DNA of 64,000 bases from Camelus dromedarius (taxonomy: Eukaryota): NCBI RefSeq assembly GCF_036321535.1, contig NC_087472.1:96660001-96724000 (forward strand), read 5' to 3'. The notes below the pieces were generated by a model. That model was not told the DNA's origin, searched no databases, and was given only the letters and a program-made list of their open reading frames with translations. The translations under genes were made by a program, and so were the position numbers. Below are positions 14,468 to 27,289 of this stretch, one piece after another (positions within the stretch are counted from its first letter, which is position 1; the number at the start of each line of letters is the position of its first letter).

Positions 14468-15577
14468 GTTAAGACATCAGAATTTTATAGATACTCCCGA
14501 CAGCTGCGCTATGAAGTTGACCAAGCACTGAATTACTTTCAGAACATTCACCAGCAGCCTCTGTTGGACATGAAATCAAGCCGCATCCGCTCTGCCAAAC
14601 CCCAAACTACAGTATTCCGAGGCATGATTGGACATAGCATGGTTAACAGTAAAATACTTCTCTTAAAGAAACCAAGAGTCTGGTGGGAGCTAGAGGGCCC
14701 ACAAGTACCTCTGCGCCCGGACTGCCTTGCTATCGTCAATAACTTTGTGTTCTTGTTGGGCGGGGAAGAACTGGGCCCAGATGGTGAATTTCACGCTTCT
14801 TCCAAAGTGTTCAGGTATGATCCGAGACAAAACTCTTGGCTCCGGATGGCAGACATGTCTGTACCACGTTCAGAATTTGCAGTTGGTGTTATAGGGAAGT
14901 TTATTTACGCTGTAGCAGGCAGAACCAGAGATGAGACTTTCTATTCAACAGAGAGATATGACATCACCAATGATAAATGGGAATTTGTGGATCCTTATCC
15001 AGTTAACAAATATGGACATGAGGGGACAGTGCTCAATAACAAGTTGTTTATCACTGGTGGAATCACTTCATCTTCCACCTCCAAGCAAGTGTGCGTGTTT
15101 GACCCTAGTAAAGAAGGGACCATAGAACAGCGGACCAGGAGAACTCAAGTAGTTACCAACTGTTGGGAGAATAAGAGCAAAATGAATTACGCCAGATGCT
15201 TTCACAAGATGATTTCTTACAACGGCAAGCTTTATGTCTTCGGTGGTGTCTGTGTGATCTTGAGGGCCTCTTTTGAGTCTCAGGGATGCCCCTCCACAGA
15301 AGTGTACAACCCAGAGACTGATCAGTGGACCATCTTGGCATCCATGCCAATTGGTAGAAGTGGCCATGGTGTGACTGTGCTGGACAAACAAATAATGGTT
15401 CTTGGAGGCCTTTGCTACAACGGTCATTACAGCGATTCCATTCTCACTTTTGATCCGGATGAAAACAAATGGAAGGAAGATGAGTACCCGCGGATGCCCT
15501 GCAAGCTGGATGGTTTACAAGTATGCAACCTGCATTTTCCAGAATATATACTGGACGAGGTCAGACGTTGCAACTAA
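14468..15577 (+). CDS. KLHL15: Kelch-like protein 15, terminal coding exon (Kelch propeller; 369 codons + stop)
   Basis: The phase-0 acceptor opens VKTSEFYRYSRQLRYEVDQALNYFQNIHQQPLL, in frame with the 337-aa ORF. It has GG...Y/FDP...W Kelch repeats and the C-terminus ...LHFPEYILDEVRRCN, which I recognise as KLHL15. Counting back from a 604-aa end puts the Y of LCYNG at 552, the known substrate-binding residue. Tandem stops TAA TGA. Confidence 0.96.
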   Translation, partial: VKTSEFYRYSRQLRYEVDQALNYFQNIHQQPLLDMKSSRIRSAKPQTTVFRGMIGHSMVNSKILLLKKPRVWWELEGPQVPLRPDCLAIVNNFVFLLGGEELGPDGEFHASSKVFRYDPRQNSWLRMADMSVPRSEFAVGVIGKFIYAVAGRTRDETFYSTERYDITNDKWEFVDPYPVNKYGHEGTVLNNKLFITGGITSSSTSKQVCVFDPSKEGTIEQRTRRTQVVTNCWENKSKMNYARCFHKMISYNGKLYVFGGVCVILRASFESQGCPSTEVYNPETDQWTILASMPIGRSGHGVTVLDKQIMVLGGLCYNGHYSDSILTFDPDENKWKEDEYPRMPCKLDGLQVCNLHFPEYILDEVRRCN

Positions 15578-17165
15578 TGACATCTTGCTTCTTTAAAAAA
15601 GCCAAACAAAAAATTTGTTTGCAACAAAGTGGTTAGTTAAGAAACATGAAGAAAAACCTCACCAGTTTTACTATCAAAGCCATTGGTCTAATATCATAAA
15701 AATCTTTTCATTCTGTGCTAGCATCCTTTTTTTTCTTTTTATTGGCCTCAAATTCACGCAATAAGTTAATTCTAAGCGCTAGCTCTTGAAACTACTTCCA
15801 GAAGCAGTTTAGTAGAACGATCCACTTATCTGGGAAGTTGATTTTCTGCTTTAAACATTTCTTTCAAATGTCAGTGTAGGAGTCATGCATCTTCTAAGAG
15901 AAGACCTGATAAGTGTCACTGGGTGTAATTTCAGTTCCTATCTCTATCTGAAATCTTTTTGAACACTTACTTCAGTGTATTTCAGTCTGTTAGACTTTTT
16001 GGTTTTATTATTTAAGTTTAAAACTCTTGACCTTTTTGCATGGCTTTTTGCTGAAAATGCAAAAATATAAATTTTCTACAAAATTAACTTTTTTATATTC
16101 AAAACACTATTTCTAAGCTGCCTTCTCTTACCTGCATTGTGTTAGTGAAAGCATATCCATACTTGCATACATCTTACGAATATATAAGGCACATCTTCTT
16201 TTATGCGTGGTAGGATTCTGTATTTTTAAGCTAGTGCACTTGCACACACGGTTTGCCATACTTGTTGAATTTTAGATGTAACGTCTTTTCATGTATTAAC
16301 ATTTTTAGAAAGTTAAAATAACTGGAGTCCTCATTTGGATCAGCGTAGCCTGTCTTCTGTCCATACTGATTCAGTAATATGCGAACTCCTTATATTCCTG
16401 AAGCATGTATGGATTTATGAAAACTAACATTTTATGTTTTATTTTCAAAAGTAAACGTTAGTGTTCCTTATCGATGTATGTCTTCTTTTTGAAAATGTTT
16501 TTCTTTGCAGTTTGTTAATGTTACCGTTTTTAGTGAGAATCGGAGTGGTATATGACAAGCCCTGGCCCTGCAGCGTGCAAGCACTTTTAAAGAGAATTTA
16601 GGTAATACCAGACTCCTAAATAAAGGCCCCTTAAAAGTAAGTGCAACTCCCGTTTTTTACATTCAATAAGGCTGCTGCATCTGTTATTGAATGGAAAGTA
16701 GCAACTTGTGGAAAATTTGAGCTCAGTTTTGACTTAGAGGTAAAGAATAGAATTATAATCTTACTGGTCATATCTACTTGTTTATTTAGTACAAAGTATT
16801 TAGCGGCACTGGGGATGTAAGCCCTCAGCTTTTGTTTTATTTACTGAAAGCTACTAGCATGAAGGATAGTAACCTCAAAGTTCAGAATGGATCAAGAATA
16901 ACTGTTTAAAAGCGTTTATAATAAGTGTTCTAGGATTAGCCGCACCTTTCAACTCTGTAAACTAGAAGGAAAAACATGTAATAGTTGTCAAAATTAAGCA
17001 AGAAGACCAGGGGGTGGATCATTCAGATTGATGCCATTTTCTCCTGAGTAGAGTCTATATCTGATACAGACTAGATCTACACTGGCAAAACTTGCCAGAT
17101 CTTAGGATATTGGTGCAATATTGCAATGCCTTCTATATGGCTGTTGTATAAATTTTCTAGTTTCA

Positions 17166-17167
<2 letters not shown>

Positions 17168-17197
<30 letters not shown>
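17168..17197 (+). repeat. Poly-T tract (T30)
   Basis: 30 consecutive T. Confidence 0.95.
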
Positions 17198-17201
<4 letters not shown>

Positions 17202-19754
17202 CTGCCACCACTGAACATAAAATGGAAGACTGAAGTCATGGAAATGTGAAGACTTGTTTTGTTTTTGCAATTAAAATAGACAACTTTGAAAAAAAATCTG
17301 ATTTTTAGAACTCCACAACTGGAGGCATATAAGTTTAACAAACAGTCAGGTACATAAGTAGTTTTTTAAAAAGCAAAATATTGGGATTGGTTTTAGAAAT
17401 CAACTGAATAATATTCTTTTGAGACTTAAATTTTTATTAAGTGGTCCTACAATTTACTTTCAGTTCCTAAAAGTGAAATTCGGTATCTTGTTTCCCATAG
17501 TAATATGGGTAAAAGTCTTTTTCTACATCTTAAAAATCATTGTTAGTCATTTTACTTTTGAAAACTAGGAATTAGGTTAGCCATTTAATTCTTTTTCTCA
17601 TATATTAGTTGGCTTAGCATTTTACATGTGTGTTATCTTGCTTTAAAGAAAATAATAACATCTTCATTATTTTCCTCATTGTTGTCTTTTGCTGGGAAAG
17701 ACCGAGACACAGGGTACCCTTATCAGGCTTTTACACTCCAGTGGTGGGTTCTTTTTGATTGCTTAGATAAGACTTCGTAGACCTAGTTAAGGTAGATCTG
17801 AGCAAACAATTGAATATTCTTGGTCTTCCATTGTAAAAACACAAGGCCAAGGTCAAAGTTCATGTTTTGGGAAATTTGTGAAATCTTAACTTGAACTAAC
17901 TCTGGGTTCAGCTTCACACATAAGTCATGTCTGACCTGATGTTAGCTGTAATCAGTTTTGAGCTTTAAGAATAGTTGTTATTGCTTGGGTTCTGAATGTA
18001 AGAGAAAAAACTCTTCTGTTTATATGTAGTGCTAATTTAGGTTATTTTAAATCCATGATTAACATACATTCCCTTTTAAAATTATGGTTTAATTGCTGAA
18101 AGAGATTTATTTTTGTTATACTAAACTATGGAAATTTTTTTCATAGAATTTTTTCAAGTTTATTTTTTGTGTGCTTCATTTGGAACCATTTTTGTTGGTA
18201 TACGTTGTATGTGCTCAAAGTAAGTTTTAATTCAGTGAGAGATTTAAAACTATACAGTGTAACTCTTGTGATCTTTGTGTGTTAATTTTCACTTTACATT
18301 TTAAATGCCAGACTTTACAAAAATAGCTGATCTTTATTAACTGCATCTTAATTAGAAACGTTTGTTCTCTTTCATGTCTTTGACCTTCTAAGATTTGATT
18401 TTAATCTGCTTAAAGAAAATCCTTGCACTACAACCTTTTCATAAAATTCAAGATTCTCACATTGAAGGTTTTGTATTGGAGGAAATACTACTGGTTTTTA
18501 AAAAGCAAAGCTTAATTAATAGAATTATTAGCTTTTCTTGAGACAGCTTTCTCTGTGTCCTCATTACTTTGTTCTGTGTGAGTGTTCCTGTAATTTGTGA
18601 AATATTGACTGAGCCCTTCACTTATCTTTTCTAAAGCAGCACCTTTGGACACCTCATTCTGGGAAGCCTGCTCGAGTCATAGTAAAGGACACACACATTT
18701 GTGTGGGGAGAAGTGGTAAAAATGGAGAGTTTTGTCTTAATTACATGAAACTAAGCTTTAAAATATTTTATAACAAATTATTTGAGCTGCATAATCTAAA
18801 CATGTCAAACGTTCAGTGGGACTATTTTTATATATGTATATGTGGTTGTAGGTCATAACATTTCAGTTTATAATATAAATTGTTATTTCAGTTTATAAGC
18901 TATCTCAGAAAAGACTAGCTCTTTTGAGAATACATAATTTAAAGTTTCAGACTGAAGTAAAACACAACATAGACAATAGTGTAAATTAGATATAAATGAG
19001 GGCTATATGGCAGTAACTGCTAGTGCCATTTTTCTTGTTTGCCTATTACACATTTTTGATTTTTCTTTTTGTACTTCGACCATTTTTAGGGATCATACGT
19101 TCTATCAGATTAGGTTTGGTTTGGGAATAAATATCTTCTAAAAAGAGATTTATCTTAAAAATAAAAGTTCTGAAAAATTAGTTTATCAAGAATTTATAAA
19201 GTCAAATATTCAATAGACATAGACTGGAATAGATAAACTCATGAAAGTTATATCCTTTCAGTATACCAGTATAACTCTAATATTACACAAGTAACATTGA
19301 GAGAATGCCATCAGCTTTGTTTGTTCCCCCTTAATTTTCTTGGATTTTCTTTTTACATCTTTGGGAACAACTACATTAAAAACTTTATTAATCAGTATAT
19401 CAGTAAGGAGTAGGTGTTTGCTTTCTGAAGGAATGTTCCAGTGAGGTGATCAGAGAGGTTATTTTCTACCTAACTTGTATATGCCCTGTACGCCTTGGGC
19501 ATACTTTGTCTATAGAAAAATATTTTGACCTTTAGGTACATTTTGGGCCAGTAGTCAAATAATCCTAGGGCCGATTTAAAAAGTCTTAGAATAATTTAAG
19601 GTTTGCCTTTTATACCTGTTTTGAAAGCCTTTACATTTTTGTCAGGTAATTTTTCCCAAGCCGTGAATATAATCTATTCAAAACATGTTTATGCTATCCA
19701 TTCTGTTTTTAAATTGAAAAAAAAATGTTAAAAGTGTTTATGAAGAAAAGTTTA

Positions 19755-19760
19755 AATAAA
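19755..19760 (+). terminator. Candidate distal polyadenylation signal of KLHL15
   Basis: AATAAA followed by T-rich downstream sequence at the end of the repeat-free UTR. Confidence 0.65.
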
Positions 19761-19874
19761 ATATTTTTAATCTTTAAAATATACTTCTTTATCTCTTATT
19801 ATTTACTATCTTTATATAATTCATCACTTTCAGTCACTCATGACTTGATTAGCAGTATACATTTTGTTTTCCTT

Positions 19875-20290
19875 CAACGTGCCAAAGGAAGTGCCACAAA
19901 AATGTGATTTCTACCAATGCTTTCAGCCACAGATTGAAATGAGAGCATTTGAGTGAAATTATTTACACTTAAGATGCAATGGAAATTGTATAACGAAGCC
20001 AAGTCATTAAAGTTCCACTAACAGAGTTTTGCAGAGTGGAATTGAGAAAAAGTATTTAAAAGCCTCCAAGCCCTTAGTTTGGTGATTTTCAGATTTACTT
20101 TAGCATTTTTGATTGATTGTTCTTAAAGTCATTTCTGAAATTAGGGAACAGGAGGAAGAGAATCTGCTACAACACAAGCACTTGGATACACTTAGGCATG
20201 TGTGTGCCTTCTTAAAAATGGACTCCTGAGAAACCTCAGCAGGATTCCCTGGATCCTGGCTTCAAGCCACATTTCCAGCCTCTTTCTATC
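19875..20290 (-). pseudogene. Decayed RUN domain (C-terminal copy)
   Basis: Stitched frames read CGLKPG / SIFKKAHT / EQSIKNAKVNLKITKLRAWRLLN / NDLASLYNFHCIL / LWLKALVEITF. This follows the RUN motif order HGLK, xKN, KLRAWxRLxLN, Y, LxxLxxxxF. Confidence 0.6.
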
Positions 20291-20339
20291 ACTTCTCGTG
20301 CTCCATTTTGTTGTGATCTTTGTACATTAATTTATAGCC

Positions 20340-21625
20340 TCAAATCACTTGCTTTCTTCTCCCTTCCCTGCTTGCAAAATCCACTTACTTGGCATAGCCC
20401 AACTTAAATGCTCTCTTCGCCTCCTGAAACCTGTTATCTCTTCCATTGAATTAATTGCCTTTTCTACACTCAACACTTTACAGCTCTTATTTGATTTCAT
20501 TTTGCATACTAGTTGGGTATAATTCCTTCTCTACAACTAGGTCATAGTCTTGGATGATGGGACCTTTTATTCCTCTTTGTACCTTCATGTCTAGCATGAT
20601 ACTTTTTGTATGTAATAGGCACTGAGCTAAATATTTATTGCAGCATGTGACAAATTCCACATGAGTTACAGACAGATGCTGCAGGCATTCGAAAGAGGGA
20701 GATAATATAGTTCAGGGTTTTTGTCTCTGCTTTCTTCTCAGTCTGCGTACTCCCTGTCCAGTTTCATCCACATCTATGGCTTAACCTACCACGTTTATTC
20801 TGGTATCTGTTAAATCAGTATTTCTCAACCCAGAGTTCCAACCGTCTCCTGAACATCTCTCACATGTTTTATCAGAATCTCAAACTGAACAAGTACAAAC
20901 CTGATACATTATCTTCTCCCCCTAAACCTGCCCCTTGCCCTACATTCCCTGAATTCTTACGTGGCTCTACCATTGCCTGGGATTGTTGAAGTCAGAATCT
21001 TGGGAATTGTCCACTGATGCCTCTCTTCCACTCCACCCCAACATCTTAGTTCTTCCACTCCTATCAATTTAAATTCTCAACTTCCCTCACCTCTCCGGCC
21101 ATACTGGCCTCCTGGAGCTTTCTAATCTTCTACCTCCACAATCCATTTTCTACACTGCTGCCAGAGGGCACTTTCAAAAGATAAATCAGATCCCGAGATT
21201 CAACAGCCTTCAATAATCCCCCTTTGCCATGAGAATAGGATCCAGACTCTCTAGTATGCCCTTTGTATCTGTTCAGTTTCTCTTATGCCCTAAACTCTAG
21301 CTCTGCAAGCTACTCGGACTTCCCTGGATATGCCATGTTCTCTCCAACGTCTGCCTCTGCGCATGCTCTTCCCCTCTTCCTTTCCTGGCTAACCCTTTCT
21401 TGGCCTTCAAGAACCAGCCTGGGCATCGTGGCCTTTGTGAAGTTTTTTTAAACTGGCCACCTTGTTCTTACCATAGTACCTTGTGGATGCCTAGACCCTA
21501 CCTCCTCTGATGCTTGATTATAACTGTCTTCTTCTCTATCCCACCTTTAACTGTACTCTTTGAGGGCAGATACTGTCTTTATTTTCCAAGAGTCTGACTT
21601 AACATCTGGCACATTGGTAAGTCCT
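20340..21625 (+). mobile_element. L2 LINE fragments
   Basis: L2-like 3' ends (CTAGCATGAT...TAGGCACTGAGCTAAATATTTATTG; CTGGCACATTGGTAAG) and a typical C/T-rich body. Confidence 0.6.
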
Positions 21626-21689
21626 GCTTAATAAAAATAGAACCCAGAAACTTGGAAGGTCACCAATGAAATACTCCTGGTGAGGAGGG

Positions 21690-22160
21690 GCAGCTGTATT
21701 AGAGAGCTTGATTGTCTGCCAAAATTGACCTCCCTGAGGAATTTCCCTCCATTCAGTTTCCACTACCACTGTTCCCATGTCTAGAAGGTTGATGCATGCA
21801 TACAACTATCACAGTTGTCAACAGATAGTTCTTCCCTTAATATCCAGTATTTCTAATCCAGGCTGAAAATTTCAAGTAAGACAAGGCCAAAGTGTGTGGT
21901 GCAGATCATTACTTCCATGAAATGCTCTGTGTGTGGGGTGGAGGAGTGTTCAGCGGTCACCATAATCTTGAGAAACACTGTATGTCATTTTCTTAGAGAA
22001 TCTCAAATATTAGCATACCAAAGGCTCCGAAAAGTCCTGATGTTAACTCATTTTGATTTTTGTTTAGCTCAATGTAAACAAAACATTTGACAATTGAGCT
22101 TTTTTTCATAGAATATACGTGATCCATGAATGTTCTTGAAAAAGCCTGGCTAAGGAGTAA
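21690..22160 (-). pseudogene. Decayed C2-like pseudo-exon
   Basis: Acceptor TTGTTTTCTTCCAG then LLLSQAF...VKCFVYIELNKN; after frameshifts, LEILD...LLDMGTVVVETEWREIPQGGQFWQTIKL. Confidence 0.4.
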
Positions 22161-22374
22161 CTGGAAGAAAACAAGTACCAAGAACCACTAATTCAGGCAC
22201 TCTGGTCTACAAAGGAGGACCTCCTCCTGCAGCTCCAGTTAGTTTCCAGGCTAAAGTCAACATTTTGCCAAGGTGACATTACCCTGGGATCTCATATCCC
22301 AAGGAAGGTCCCACCTTCTCCCTTCAGGAGTAGGATGAATTTGTATAATTTGTGCAACTTGTATCATTTAAGGA

Positions 22375-23335
22375 GCAGGACTTCCAGAATGGCCAAGTAA
22401 GGAGCTCAGCAAAACCTCTCCCTAAAAAGTAATGAAAAAACTGAACAAACTTGTCAAAAAAGAAAAAAATGTAAAGATTGGAAATTGACCAAAGGCATAC
22501 AACAACTTGGGAAGCATGTATTCAAGAAAATGTACTGAACTTCCATGAGAACAGTGGGAGTCTGTGATGTTTTAGCCTGGGGCTGCTCCCATCACAACTC
22601 CCCTTCCCCCAGCTTTGTGTCACAGAAATTCTAGCAGGGCCATCGGAGGGGCCTGCCTTTATTTGGAGTGGAGTGTGAAAAATCCCATGTATGTCAGTGT
22701 GGCCGACACTGCAGCTAGCCTGAGGTCTCAACAGTGACTGGGTTTAGCAATAGACTGGTGGACAGACTCAGATCTTGGGAATGAGATAGCTACTTGAACC
22801 CTGGTAGTCTGGGAAGCTGTGCTCATGGACAAGACTATGTGTACCTAAGGGAAGACCTCAGAGGGTCCTAGCAAGCCACTTATCCCTGGCTGGATGTGAG
22901 GCCTTGTAAATAGAAAATAAAAGCTGGAATAGACTTGGAAACTGCTTAAACTTTGAATGCCTTCCTCAGGCCACACACAGATTGCTCAGCTAAGTGTGGA
23001 AGCCTTACTGGCTCAAGGTGTTTAAGTGTAACTTCTGACTAATCATTGGCTGACCATGAAGCTATGCTGACTATGAGCTTAAAAATAAAAACAAAAATTA
23101 AAAGAAAAAAACAGCTGAGACATCAGTGGCTGTATGTGGGTGGGGGTGGGGGGGAGAGCCTCCACAGAATTCCTCCAGGCAAGTCACTAAACAAACACAA
23201 CAAACCAAAAAAAAAACGCAAATGACCACACAGAATCCAGAGTTGCTACAATATATTATCTAAAATGTCATTTCCAAGGAGAAATAATGTCAAAGAAACA
23301 GGAAAGTGACCCATACCTGGGAAAATACGGAGTCA
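22375..23335 (+). mobile_element. Old L1 5'-region fragment (L1M-type)
   Basis: Starts GACTTCCAGAATGGCC and ends with AGAATCCAGAGTTGCTACAATATATTATCTAAAATGTC, typical of L1M 5' segments. Confidence 0.55.
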
Positions 23336-23399
23336 ACAGAAAACTCTCAGGGATCAGAGTGTTATGAATATGAGTGAGATTAATTTTGTATCTTGTATT

Positions 23400-23930
23400 C
23401 CACATAAAATTTTATTAGAAACAATTTCACAAGTCATTAAAATTTCTTGGAAAATAATATTTTTAGTGACTGCTTAGTGTTCCATAATATGACTATACAA
23501 TAATTTATCTAACCATGCCTCTATCGTGACACCATACTATATTAAAATTTTTTTCTTTCATTTGATTTTATATATATATATATATAAATTCCACACTTAA
23601 GATTATTTCCTTAATGTAGTTTTACAAGATGGAATTTAAAAAACAAACTAAAGTCCCAGACAAATAGTGCTAGATCAAGCTTCAGGGAAATTGTACGATA
23701 TACCTGCATCAGCAGTTAAGGAGTTTATAACCACACTTTATACTTATAAATAAATTAGTGATCTACTAGGTAGAAACTGTATTTTAATTATTATGTCTTT
23801 GATTATAGTGAGGAGTAATTTTTCACATGTCTATTTGCCATATATGTTCTATGAATTCCTGTTCATGTCCTTTATGCATTTTTCAATGGTGTTTTGGTGT
23901 TTTATTATGGATTTTGAAGGGTTCTTCATC
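23400..23930 (-). mobile_element. Old L1 (L1ME-like) 3' fragment containing (TA)9 at 23569-23586
   Basis: TTTTTCACATGTCTATTTGCCAT...CTGTTCATGTCCTTTATGCATTTTTC is antisense L1 ORF2/3' sequence. Confidence 0.55.
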
Positions 23931-24889
23931 AAATATGCTTTGTAACACTTGAGAATACTATTCCAAATGATGACTAGGTATCTTTAATTATTGGGATGAT
24001 TATCAAAAACCATATAATCAAATTTCATTAAATGTGGAAAGCAAATAAAACAATTTAGAGAAAACAAAGGGCTGTAAAGTACACTGACAGAAAAAAAAAT
24101 GGTTAAGAATCAAGTATATTTGAAAGCTAGGAGAAGCTGATAAAAATATTAAGAAAGCCATGTAGTAAAGATTCAAAAGAAACCCATTCAAAAGTTAACA
24201 AACAGCATTCTCCTTAGATCTGGGGTATAAGAATTTTCTTTGTAGGGTTCCATCTTCTGTGATGGAAACATAAAAACATACATTAAAACTTATTGAATAC
24301 CTGCTACATGGGTGCTAGCGGGAGTGAAAAAAAAAGATCCACTCTGCTCTCAAACTAATGAGGAAACAAACACCTAAAAATCACTTAAGGCCAGAAAAGG
24401 TGCTAAGTAGAAGGAAGAACAGGATGCTGTGGAAGCTCAGAAAGTTACAGTCACTATTGATGAGAATCAGTAAAAGGTTCATGGAGGAATTGGCATTTCT
24501 ACTTGGTTATGGAGATTAAGTAGGATTTCTCTAGGTGGAGAATACGAGAAAGGGTTTTCAAGAAAGGATGTGCAAAAAAGCACAGGAGGTCACGAGAGGC
24601 AGGAGGTTCTGACCCAGGCATGCACCCAGATCCAATCTATCAGTTTTCTATTCAAGTGGATTCTAGTACCGGTAGAAATAATCAGCATAAGAGCACCTCG
24701 TAAAATTTGTTATGAATGAAAAAATGGCTCATATTTATTTAATGGCTCATTTATTTTAACTCATTAATTTTTTTAAATCTCTGAGAATTAAAAAAAAACC
24801 AACCACAGAAAATTTTTTAGACTCTGTAAAAATAATCAACACAATAAAACTGACAATGTCAAAAACTTTATACAATTATATTTGTAGAC

Positions 24890-25350
24890 TTATGTTGGGC
24901 TCCCTGGAAGCTGACTCCAACTGAGATGAGAATGAGAGTGCAAGTTATCTGAGCAGTCATTCCAGAAAGCACCAATAGGGAGGGGGAAGTAAGAGAGGGA
25001 TGGGGATGAGCCATTAAAGGGTGTGCCATCAAGCAGCTTTTCACTGAGGTTGACTGGGTTCAATCCCATCGCATCCCCGGGTACTACGAAAAACCGTGTA
25101 TGTAGCACATACCTTAGTGTCACCCCACCAGAGGTCGAGGAAGCTGGGGTATTGATTCTCTGACTGCTGTCTGTCATTGACTTTAGGGTTATTCCCAGGC
25201 ACTTTAACTTCCCAGCACTTCTGGCCTGGGATGTCTGAGTGAGAGAAAGCCCTCAGGTGAAGAGTTGCAGGTTGGAAGCCAACCACCATTCTTGTGTACT
25301 GAAGGGCGAGTGCCAAGGAGGTATGGGGAGGGCCACCACTATCTGCTACA
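24890..25350 (-). mobile_element. ERVL solo LTR (LTR16-like)
   Basis: TGTTGGGCTCCCTGGAAGCTGACTC...GAGTGCAAG end, similar to the other LTR16-like copies in the window. Confidence 0.6.
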
Positions 25351-25609
25351 TTTGTCACTGACTCAAAACTATCAAAGAATCACATCTTGACAAAATTTAG
25401 GGCTACCAAATTTGCAACATGGGAATTGGTAGACATGATTGCCATAGAAGTAAACTCACTTGTAAGAGGTTAAAGTTTTTTTATTGGGACCAATTTTAAA
25501 ACAAATCTTCATAGTGACATTTTTATAATAAGAATTTTCAAGGTGAAAATAATTTCAATAAAATAAAAGCAAATAAAAAAATTTAAAATATATACTAGAA
25601 ACATTTTAC

Positions 25610-26043
25610 CTGCATTATACAGAAAAATGGTATCAAGGAATTAAATTGATTTGAGTTTGCTCAGGAAAATATGTTCTTCATTAAATTTCATCAGTGTTGG
25701 CATGATTCTGATTAGAATGTTTGTACTCACAAACATGGATTCACAGTGTCCTCGGGCTCAAAACAAGACGAGGATTGAAACATCCTGTTCTTGACTTGCT
25801 AGAGGCCAAAAAATGAGGATTTGTGCCAGGGGAAATTGCATGGGTAAATGTAGAGTGGAAAAGCATATGGAATGCTTTGGGAATGATGAATTCCTCACTG
25901 ACAGAGCTATGGGAGCAGATGTTAAGCAAAAAAAAAAATCATATTCATGAATATTCTGTGGATCTGCAGAGTTCTTTGTTGAAAGGCGATAAGAGAAAAA
26001 TTGGATATTACAGCTCTCCAGTGAATTTCCTCACAACTTTTCA
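25610..26043 (-). pseudogene. Decayed C2-like pseudo-exon
   Basis: Bounded by TTTTAG| and GCAG|GTAAAA; reads FIIPKAFHML...SPGTNPHFLASSKSRTGCFNPRL. Confidence 0.4.
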
Positions 26044-27289
26044 CTAAAATAGCCCATGACCTTACAGAAAAGAATAAAAACCCATTAAAATAATGAGAGA
26101 TTGACAGATAACATAATATAAAATTGTGAGCAGCCTTGAAAATAATTTTAAGGCAAATGGAGTTAGACTGAGAAAAACAGATCCATACGTCACCTTATGG
26201 AATATTCAGGCTTCCCTTCATGAAAGGGAGCTACTGGAGAAAGATTTTCTTTTTTAAAAAAAGGTACATTGTTCTTGCTCCACCAACTGTGTCCTGACTC
26301 AGAGATTCGGGCCTTTACTAGCCAACGGACTGGGCCTTCATCTCTCTTGATTCTAAGGAGCTACATCGTGTGGCAGGCAGTTTTGATCCTCAGTTTTGCC
26401 CCTTGCCTTGAAACCCTTTGCCCCTACCCCTGCCAGTGCCCTCTGCCCCTGCCCCGGCCCCTGGCCCCTATCCCTACCCCTCAGTCTACCCACTGTCTTT
26501 TTTCACATTGAGACAGAACAAGCCCAGTAATCAACTAGGCAGGTAGTGACGATGGACTGGCCATGGTATAAAGCATATCCTCCCCCATTACTCACTCAGT
26601 GTAGGTGACCATAGACATAGAAGAACCATTTCACTTACTGCCATTGGCTTCCAGTACCAGAGGAGACAATGAGAGGAGGGCGATAACTATCAGAATACAA
26701 AGAGGTACAATAAGGGAAAGCCTATTAGAAGCGGAAATGTGGACTGGAAGCTGTGCTCAACTCTCCCACTTTCCAACTACAGATATATCAAAGAGATGGA
26801 ACCACTACTCAAATGGATAGAAGCTGAGACTAAAGTCAAGCCACAAGTTCTGTTGTCACACTGAGTCTGGAAGGGTCTTCCCTTATTTGTATATGAATTA
26901 AAAGAAAAAAATAAATTAGAGTTTACAAACAAAGACGATGGGATAAGAGAAGTAGTTGGAAGACTCAGGGAAAGAAAATACTTGTGGAAAACTATTTGCT
27001 TTCAGAGCCAGAAGAAAAAGTCAAAACTATCTGGCATCTTCAAAAGATTGCAAATAATCATAACCTCTGCACACAGGAAGCAAAAGATCATAGGTAGATG
27101 AAGAGCAAAGGTGAAAAAGTAGCTGACTCAAAGAAAGAGTATAAGAAAATCCCAAAGGCAATAGGAGAATTAAAATCCACATGAAGTCAGCAAGGAATAG
27201 AAAGGATGCCGTAGAAAATTCACTTGCTGATGTGAAAGACATCTTTGAGATGCTTTCCCAGGGTGCAGATGAAAATGACAGAGATTCAG

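Larger units (their letters stand above)
15578..19780 (+). other. KLHL15: KLHL15 3'UTR (~4.2 kb)
   Basis: AU-rich stretch with no recognised interspersed repeat, running from the stop to AATAAA at 19755. The cleavage site is estimated. Confidence 0.7.

Noticed and set aside
14931..15596. Alternative-frame and antisense ORFs over the KLHL15 exon
   Set aside because: Shadows of the real CDS; no independent signals.
21900..21945. Minus-strand HRAFHGS, reminiscent of an ADP-ribosyltransferase HG motif
   Set aside because: No downstream GxGxYF-type motif; the C2-like reading explains the island better.
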